Assembly (NCBI GenBank): GCA_039815185.1
Contig: JBCBZT010000062.1
Span: 1-37,628, forward strand
Length of the DNA: 37,628 bases
Direction: 5' to 3'
From: Cyanobacteria bacterium P01_A01_bin.123
GTDB lineage: Bacteria > Cyanobacteriota > Cyanobacteriia > Phormidesmidales > Phormidesmidaceae
The translations under genes and the position numbers were made by a program. The notes under the pieces were generated by a model. It was not told where the DNA came from and made no database searches. It saw only the letters and a list, made by a program, of their open reading frames with translations. Shown here one piece after another: positions 31,679 through 37,628 of this stretch (positions are counted from its first letter, which is position 1; each line of letters starts with the position of its first letter).

Positions 31679-32299
31679 ATGGCAAGACTTTCAGTAGAAC
31701 TGGATCGGTTTTTCTTTGAGGAAGAACGGGCTCCCAAAGTGACCCTCAAAGATATCCTGGAACTCGCTGGGGAACGAACTTTCGGCTTTTTATTTGTACT
31801 GCTATCCATTCCGTCAGCCTTGCCAATTCCAGCGCCGGGGTATTCGATTCCGTTTGGGGTCGTGCTGTTGATCATTGCCATTCAGTTAGTGATCGGTCGT
31901 CAGCGACTTTGGTTTCCCAGATTTGTAGAGAGATGTGCCTTTGACCTCAAGAAGATACAAGGCATCGTCAAAGCGGCGATGCCCTGGTTAAGACGGATTG
32001 AGGCCGTTTCTAGACCGCGGCTGAGTTACATCTGCACCAGCTTGCCAGGGCGAGTGGTGATTGGCACTGCGATCGCGGTTATGTCAGTTTCAATGATGAC
32101 GCCCATCCCCCTAACCAATACGCTGCCCGCCATGGGCATCTTTGTGACTGGGTTTGGCTTGCTTGATGACGACGGCGCGATTAGCTTAGCAGGTCTAGTT
32201 GTTTGCCTGATGGGGGCAACCCTGACAACCCTGATTTTGATATTTGGCTATGAAGCGGTCAAAGCCGTAATCGATCTCATCCGCAACAGCCTGTTTTAA
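31679..32299 (+). CDS. exoD: ExoD-family exopolysaccharide synthesis membrane protein
   Basis: VTLKDIL...GERTFG...PSALPIPAPG...LWFP...PIPLTNTLPA...DDG. Confidence 0.9.
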   Translation: MARLSVELDRFFFEEERAPKVTLKDILELAGERTFGFLFVLLSIPSALPIPAPGYSIPFGVVLLIIAIQLVIGRQRLWFPRFVERCAFDLKKIQGIVKAAMPWLRRIEAVSRPRLSYICTSLPGRVVIGTAIAVMSVSMMTPIPLTNTLPAMGIFVTGFGLLDDDGAISLAGLVVCLMGATLTTLILIFGYEAVKAVIDLIRNSLF

Positions 32300-32306
32300 T
32301 CCGGGT

Positions 32307-32669
32307 CTACACCGCCGCTACGGGGGCAGGTTCGTAGAGATACTCAAACCAGTTCCCGTCTAAATCTTTGCCATAAAAGGAGGCAGTACCGTCGCGATGT
32401 TCGTGGATTTGGGTAACAAAGATGCCTTCTTTTTTGAGCCGTTCATAGGCGGCATCGACTTCGCTACGATCGTCAAACACAAAGCCAAAATGGGGGCCAG
32501 CTTGCTCATAACTCGGGCTCAGCAACGCTAATCCGTCATCTCCGGCTTTGAGATAGGCCCAATCAGCATCTTGCCAAGCCAATTCCATGCCTAGATTTTG
32601 ATAGAACTGAGCAGCTTTTTCGATGTCTTTAACACAAATGGCAACGTGCCCTAAACGCTTGATATTCAT
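32307..32669 (-). CDS. VOC/glyoxalase-family protein
   Basis: LGHVAICVKDIEKAAQFY...HFGF...SFYGKDLDGNWFE. Confidence 0.9.
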   Translation of the reverse strand: MNIKRLGHVAICVKDIEKAAQFYQNLGMELAWQDADWAYLKAGDDGLALLSPSYEQAGPHFGFVFDDRSEVDAAYERLKKEGIFVTQIHEHRDGTASFYGKDLDGNWFEYLYEPAPVAAV

Positions 32670-32884
32670 TGGGATTAACGGTGCCGATCGCGGCGTCTTC
32701 AATGGTTTTATTGTATCGCAGCCCCCGATAGGCAGGGTTGATAAGATAAAGACATCTGCTTGCCCTCCAGAGCAGCTAATGGCGACGTTACAGCACCGAC
32801 AACTCGATGAACCGTCAGAGCATCAACTTGTGCAACATCAGGTCAGCGGCTCAGCGATTGAGGCCAGCTTGACGGAGTATTAAT

Positions 32885-33802
32885 TTGTTACTGCGTCTCC
32901 CGTCCCAACCCAGCAAACCCGTGCTTTGCTTAGAAACCATTGCGGATCGCCTCAGCCATTACCATAGGCTTTTTAGCCTGGCCCAAGATATCGCCCAACT
33001 GCCTGAAGACTGCCTTGAGATCACGGTTGATTTTAGTTATTGCGAGTTTTTAGGACATTTTGGCGTTGCCTTTCTGGGGGGATTGGTTCACTTGATTCAA
33101 GCCCGTGGAGGCTGTGTTCACTTCGACTGGAAGGGGCTGCTGCCCAAGATTCGCACAAATCTAGCTCAAAATGGCTTCTTTCATCATTTTGGGGGCGGGG
33201 CTGAACCGTGGGATGGCAATTCGATTCCCTATCGGAGAGATCTGCAATACGACACAACCGATATCGGCGACTACCTGCGGTACAAATGGCTGGGCAAGGG
33301 GTGGGTCAACATTAGTCCGGGGCTACAAGCCGCGATCGCAGGGCAGGTTTCAGAAATCTACCTCAACGCGTTTGAACACAGTCAATCAAGCATTGGGGTC
33401 TTTAGCTGTGGACAGCACTATCCCAATCAAGGCATGCTCCATCTCACCGTCATTGACTTTGGCATCGGCATTCCGGCAAATGTCCGTTCACTTTCGCAAA
33501 ATGTCTCATTGACCCCTTCAGATGCCTTTGCCTGGGCATTCCAAGCTGGAACCACCACAAAAATCAATGGCATTTCCCGTGGATTAGGGTTAAATCTACT
33601 GCAAGCGTTCGTGATCCAAAATCATGGAAGTTTGATGATTTTCAGCAATGACGGTTATGTTGTTATAGACGGTAATGGTACTCAATATAGAAACAGTCAG
33701 GCTAGCTTTGCTGGAACGCTAGTCAATATTGCGTTTCAGTGTGACGAGCAATATTATTGCTTGGCTTCTGAGGTTCCACAACGCAATAAACCGCTATTTT
33801 AG
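32885..33802 (+). CDS. STAS-like domain plus HATPase_c (anti-sigma-type Ser kinase-like) protein
   Basis: N-terminal VDFSYCEFLGHFGVAFL...GGCV...PKIRTNLAQNGF resembles SpoIIAA; GHKL boxes SEIYLNAFEHS (N), IDFGIGI (G1), RGLGL (G2), GTLV (G3); start TTG 32885 or GTG 32921. Confidence 0.85.
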   Translation: MLLRLPSQPSKPVLCLETIADRLSHYHRLFSLAQDIAQLPEDCLEITVDFSYCEFLGHFGVAFLGGLVHLIQARGGCVHFDWKGLLPKIRTNLAQNGFFHHFGGGAEPWDGNSIPYRRDLQYDTTDIGDYLRYKWLGKGWVNISPGLQAAIAGQVSEIYLNAFEHSQSSIGVFSCGQHYPNQGMLHLTVIDFGIGIPANVRSLSQNVSLTPSDAFAWAFQAGTTTKINGISRGLGLNLLQAFVIQNHGSLMIFSNDGYVVIDGNGTQYRNSQASFAGTLVNIAFQCDEQYYCLASEVPQRNKPLF

Positions 33803-33835
33803 AGATCAGGCATTGAGGGAAGAGGAGAGTCAGCC

Positions 33836-34183
33836 ATGAAATTACAAATCTGCGCCATTACTGGAGAATACGCGACTGATGCTGACAGTGGCCAGCAGAT
33901 ATACGAGGCCATCCATCCTCAACTCTTGGCGGGTGAAGCTGTTGAGCTAGACTTCACCACAGTCAATGTTTTCGCATCTGCATTTTTCAACTTCGCGATT
34001 GGTCAACTGCTTCAAGATCTCTCCCCGGATACCCTCAATCATCAGCTCAAGATTGAAGGGTTATCTCCCCACGGGTACAGCATCCTCAAGCGCGTGATCG
34101 ACAATGCCAAGCATTATTACGCCGATGCTCAGTACCAAGCAGCGGTTGACACTGTGATGGAAGAATACGCTGCTAGTTTCTAG
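33836..34183 (+). CDS. Stand-alone STAS-like protein (DUF4325-like)
   Basis: GQQIYEAI...VELDFTTVNVFASAFFNFAIGQL; purine-rich RBS (GAGGAG) upstream. Confidence 0.85.
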   Translation: MKLQICAITGEYATDADSGQQIYEAIHPQLLAGEAVELDFTTVNVFASAFFNFAIGQLLQDLSPDTLNHQLKIEGLSPHGYSILKRVIDNAKHYYADAQYQAAVDTVMEEYAASF

Positions 34184-34307
34184 GGCGTGTCATCAATTAA
34201 TCACCGAGGCTTTACGGTATGAGCCTTGCCATGCCCGCTTAGACTAAACAAGCTAGGAGCTGGATCCCTCATTTTGAAAGTATATGAAGCTAATTGATGA
34301 CAGCCCC
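34183..34307. mobile_element. MITE copy 2 (~125 bp) inserted at TA within CTAG
   Basis: TIRs GGGCGTGTCATCAATTA / TAATTGATGACAGCCCC (15/17 match); TA at 34181-82 and 34308-09. Confidence 0.88.
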
Positions 34308-34313
34308 TAGTTC

Positions 34314-34943
34314 ATGCCAATTAATCTCACTGTCCAAGCGGATGTTGTTGATGTTCGCGAGGATACGCCACGTCAAGACGACATTTTTCTGGTGGATACC
34401 AATGTTTGGTTGTGGCAAACCTATACGAACGCGATCGCCACATCTCGTTGGGCACCCAACAAAATTCGAGCTTACACCCCTTACCTCAGTAAATCTCGGC
34501 GGAGTGGGGCAACGCTGGCCTACACGGGGTTAATCTTGTCAGAACTGGCCCATGTGATTGAGAAAACAGAACGGGAAATTTATAGTCGCCGGACCAGACG
34601 GTCTTTGCCACCGAAAGAGTATCGCCACAATACCCCCAATGAACGAGCCAATGTTGTCGCTGAGGTTAAATCGGCCTGGCAACAGGTGGAGGGGTTAGCT
34701 GTTCCTCTCGATTTGACGATCAATGAAGAGACGACCCGTGCTTCACTCCAGCGCTTCGGGATGCAAGCGCTGGACGGTTATGATTTGCTGATTTTAGAAG
34801 CGATCGGTAGGGCGGGTGTCGGGCAAATCAAGGTGATTACCGATGATATGGACTATGCAGTCGTCCCCCATATTCAACTCTTTACCGCTAACGATTTGGT
34901 CATTCAACAGGCTAGAGCACAAAGGAAGCTACGTTTGCGTTAA
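34314..34943 (+). CDS. PIN-domain ribonuclease
   Basis: Acidic tetrad intact: FLVDTNVW, LSELAHV, LDGYDLLI, ITDDMDY. Confidence 0.88.
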   Translation: MPINLTVQADVVDVREDTPRQDDIFLVDTNVWLWQTYTNAIATSRWAPNKIRAYTPYLSKSRRSGATLAYTGLILSELAHVIEKTEREIYSRRTRRSLPPKEYRHNTPNERANVVAEVKSAWQQVEGLAVPLDLTINEETTRASLQRFGMQALDGYDLLILEAIGRAGVGQIKVITDDMDYAVVPHIQLFTANDLVIQQARAQRKLRLR

Positions 34944-35140
34944 AGGCATCGCTAAAATAGACGCAATATTATGCGGCCTGCTCTTGCTTGACGGTCACAG
35001 ACAGCTTTAAGCCTAGTTCGTTAAGCAATAGAGACTTGGTGAGATACGTACGGTAACGCTTATGAGTCGGCATTTTTTCTCTTCTGGAAATCTGCCCAGT
35101 TTAGCTAGTATAAAGGCACTTTGTTTTGCCAAAGACGCTG

Positions 35141-35791
35141 ATGGTGACCTTGCAACTCCGACAACTTGATGTGCCCCCTGGGCAGCGGCTTTTGCTGCAC
35201 GATGTCAGTTGGGTTGAATTTGAGGCAATTTTGACAGAACTGGGTGATCAGCGAGGTTCCCGTATTGCTTACAACAACGGCTTGTTAGAAATTATGGCTC
35301 CGCTGGCAGAGCATGAAGATGATAAGGAAATCATTAGTGATTTTCTAAAGGTGTTTTTAGAAGAGCTAGATATTGAATTCCGAGCTTTGGGATCAACCAC
35401 CTTCAAGAATGCAGCGATGTTGAAGGGAATTGAACCGGATCAGTGCTTTTACATTCAAAATGAGTCGGCGATTCGGGGAAAGAAGCGATTGGATCTGATG
35501 GTTGACCCACCGCCGGACTTAGCGCTGGAGGTGGATGTGACGTCCCGGACGCATCCGGAGACCTACGCAGCATTGGGGGTGCCAGAGTTGTGGCGGCGGG
35601 TTGATGGGGTGATTCGGATCTATCGATTGCAGGCTGGGGAGTATGTCGAGGTTGCGGAGAGTGGTTTGTTTGCGGGATGGGCATTGCAGATTGAGATTCC
35701 GAAGTATTTGGAGATGAGTCGGGTTGAGGGGCGGAATCGGGCGGTGCGGGCGTTTCGTGAGTGGGTGAGGAAACAGCTCGGTCAAACTTGA
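35141..35791 (+). CDS. Uma2/DUF820 PD-(D/E)xK endonuclease-like protein
   Basis: LLHDVSWVEFE, LEIMAPLAEHE, IEPDQCFY, PPPDLALEVD, YAALGVPELW. Confidence 0.93.
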   Translation: MVTLQLRQLDVPPGQRLLLHDVSWVEFEAILTELGDQRGSRIAYNNGLLEIMAPLAEHEDDKEIISDFLKVFLEELDIEFRALGSTTFKNAAMLKGIEPDQCFYIQNESAIRGKKRLDLMVDPPPDLALEVDVTSRTHPETYAALGVPELWRRVDGVIRIYRLQAGEYVEVAESGLFAGWALQIEIPKYLEMSRVEGRNRAVRAFREWVRKQLGQT

Positions 35792-35944
35792 GCAAATCCT
35801 ACAGGAAGGAGCAACAAAAGGGGGCCTATAAAGATAGGCAACAACTGTAGAGATTTATGTGACGAGAAATAGAAAAGTGAAATAATCTTATGTCCTCATC
35901 ATAAAATTGATACACTTTACATTTTAAGTAAAAGTGTACTATCT

Positions 35945-37135
35945 ATGCTATCCCCGAATCGTATCAAACCATCTGTCTTAGATATATTTTCCGGAGCAGG
36001 AGGGATGAGCCTCGGATTCCAAAGAGCTGGCTGTGCAATATTAGGTGGCATTGACGAGAACAAATATGCTGTTGAAACCCATCACAAAAATTTCCCTAGA
36101 TGCAAACTTAGGTTACCTCCTCAAGACATACGTAAATTGCTTGATCTTAAGTCACTGGGTATAAAACCTGGTGAGATAGACATTCTAATTGGTGGTCCAC
36201 CATGTCAAGTTTTTTCAAGAGTTGGCTTGGGAAAAATGAAACGAGATCTAAATAGGAATATCCAGGAAGATCATAGGAACTTTCTCTATAAAGAGTATGT
36301 AAGGTTTTTAAATTACTATAAACCACTCTTTTTCATAATGGAAAACGTTGACAATCTAGCACATAAGAAAAAATTAATGGGGGAAATAAAGGATGAATTA
36401 ATTGCATGTGGATATCGAGTAGATTCTAAGGTGTTAGATGCATCAAAGTTCGGGGTTCCTCAAAGAAGATTGAGAGTCTTTATTGTTGGTGTACGTGAAG
36501 ACCTAAAGTGGAATCCAGTTTTCCCAAAAGAGCGTCATAAAAAATCTTTAACTGTAGGTGAGGCCATCGGAGATCTACCTGAACTGCAAGCTTTTTCAAT
36601 GCCACTAAAAGAAAAATCTAGTGGCCCAAGACAAAAAGACTCTAACTTGCCTTATAGAACCGAACCTTTATCAAATTATCAAAGAATTATGAGGCGATAT
36701 AATGGATCAAATGTACGTAATCATCTGTGCCGCGCACACAATTATGAGGATTTAAGCATATTTGAAATGCTAAATCAAGGTGAAAGATATCGAGACTTAC
36801 CCAAAGAAGTGATGAGATATCGGGTTGACATTTTTGATGATAAATACAAGAAACTAATCTGGAATGAGCCATCTTGGACACTTACGGCTCACATGAGGAA
36901 GGATTGCTTGGCTTATATTCATCCTTTTCAAAACAGGAGCATTTCTGTTAGAGAAGCTGCAAGAATTCAAAGTTTTCCTGATAATTTTATATTTTATGCA
37001 CCAATGACACGGATGTTTGAACTTGTAGGAAACTCCGTACCTCCACTGTTAGCAGAAGCCGTCGCAAAACCGATAGTAAAACTAGTTCGCGAGCATTACG
37101 CAAGTAAAATTAGCAGGTCAACTTTAGCATCGTAG
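35945..37135 (+). CDS. DNA (cytosine-5) methyltransferase
   Basis: FSGAGG (I), GGPPCQ (IV), ENV (VI), QRRLR (VIII), REAARIQSFP (IX), GNSVPP (X); AT-rich. Confidence 0.96.
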   Translation: MLSPNRIKPSVLDIFSGAGGMSLGFQRAGCAILGGIDENKYAVETHHKNFPRCKLRLPPQDIRKLLDLKSLGIKPGEIDILIGGPPCQVFSRVGLGKMKRDLNRNIQEDHRNFLYKEYVRFLNYYKPLFFIMENVDNLAHKKKLMGEIKDELIACGYRVDSKVLDASKFGVPQRRLRVFIVGVREDLKWNPVFPKERHKKSLTVGEAIGDLPELQAFSMPLKEKSSGPRQKDSNLPYRTEPLSNYQRIMRRYNGSNVRNHLCRAHNYEDLSIFEMLNQGERYRDLPKEVMRYRVDIFDDKYKKLIWNEPSWTLTAHMRKDCLAYIHPFQNRSISVREAARIQSFPDNFIFYAPMTRMFELVGNSVPPLLAEAVAKPIVKLVREHYASKISRSTLAS

Positions 37136-37170
37136 AAATTCAGAACACTCTCGCTATATTGATCATCTAT

Positions 37171-37490
37171 TTATTGACTACTCTGATTATATATTTCGAT
37201 GAATTCACTGTGATATTGTTTTGACTGTTCGAGCAGCTCCCTATAAGTTTTTACGAAAACTTCCCCAGATGCCCTGTAGGTCTTTTCTTTCTGCTTAAAG
37301 GGGCCATCAGTTGATTTCTCGCCGCCAACGACGAAGGAAACTACTTTCGAAAATCCCGACTCAGTTGCATACTTATCAGTCAGAAAAGCACCATATCCCC
37401 AAGCCTGCTCGAGCGCCTTCATATCTATTTTATACTTACTTCTTTTTATCTCAATAACATATAGAATGCCTCCCAAAGCATTGCTACATA
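37171..37490 (-). pseudogene. 3' fragment of a PD-(D/E)xK nuclease-like gene interrupted by an IS
   Basis: The frame reads LCSNALGGILYVIEIKR...ALEQAWGY...KTYRELLEQSKQYHSEF and is cut at the IS end at 37491; no convincing native start; AT-rich like the MTase. Confidence 0.7.
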
Positions 37491-37628
37491 GGGCTCGCTG
37501 AAAAAGTCACTTTTGACGATTTTGTGAAACGGTAGCGCGATCAGACGTGTCCGGCAGACAGTGGTTAAGGTCATGCTTTGGCGAAGGTGTGACGGCCTTG
37601 CCAGGGAGCGACCGTAAGTCGCCAAAAA
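37491..37628 (-). mobile_element. End of an IS5-like insertion sequence or derivative (continues beyond the window)
   Basis: Abrupt composition change after TA (37489-90); terminus GGGCTCGCTGAAAAAGTC; an open minus-strand frame runs from the edge through the IR as ...SDFFSEP and stops at 37446. The family call rests on recalled end sequences. Confidence 0.65.

Noticed and set aside
32623..32883. 86-aa ORF as a fourth gene of the kinase-STAS-PIN operon
   Set aside because: Overlaps the divergent VOC start and has no recognisable motif or RBS; a remnant or small peptide cannot be fully excluded

Overview
Cyanobacterial chromosomal window. The octamer HIP1 (GCGATCGC) is frequent and the gene set is typically cyanobacterial; the genus cannot be fixed from sequence alone. 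Positions 1 to ~32.7 kb are mostly housekeeping genes: cysS (5' part), a COG0523 GTPase, a HIT-like gene, dtd, a HAD hydrolase, merR, ddl, an ABC exporter, rdgB, glnB, queF, ilvN, an MFS-HEAT protein, a delta-9 desaturase, a TetR fusion, sdhCA, fbp-zwf-opcA, ppa, an MBL hydrolase, a diguanylate cyclase, a nicotinamidase-like gene, exoD and a VOC protein. The last ~4.7 kb is an accessory, defence-like region. It contains a three-gene operon (STAS-HATPase kinase-like, STAS/DUF4325-like, PIN nuclease) that looks like a partner-switch-controlled toxin module, then a Uma2 nuclease, an AT-rich C5 DNA methyltransferase, and a convergent nuclease-like gene cut by an IS5-like element. Other notable items are a TetR fused to an apparently dead tyrosine-recombinase domain with twin operators shared with the desaturase, and two diverged copies of a ~125-bp MITE, one inserted in the STAS stop codon. 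There are also NtcA- and NrtR-like boxes and two candidate structured RNAs. All protein calls come from motif recognition by eye; no searches were run.
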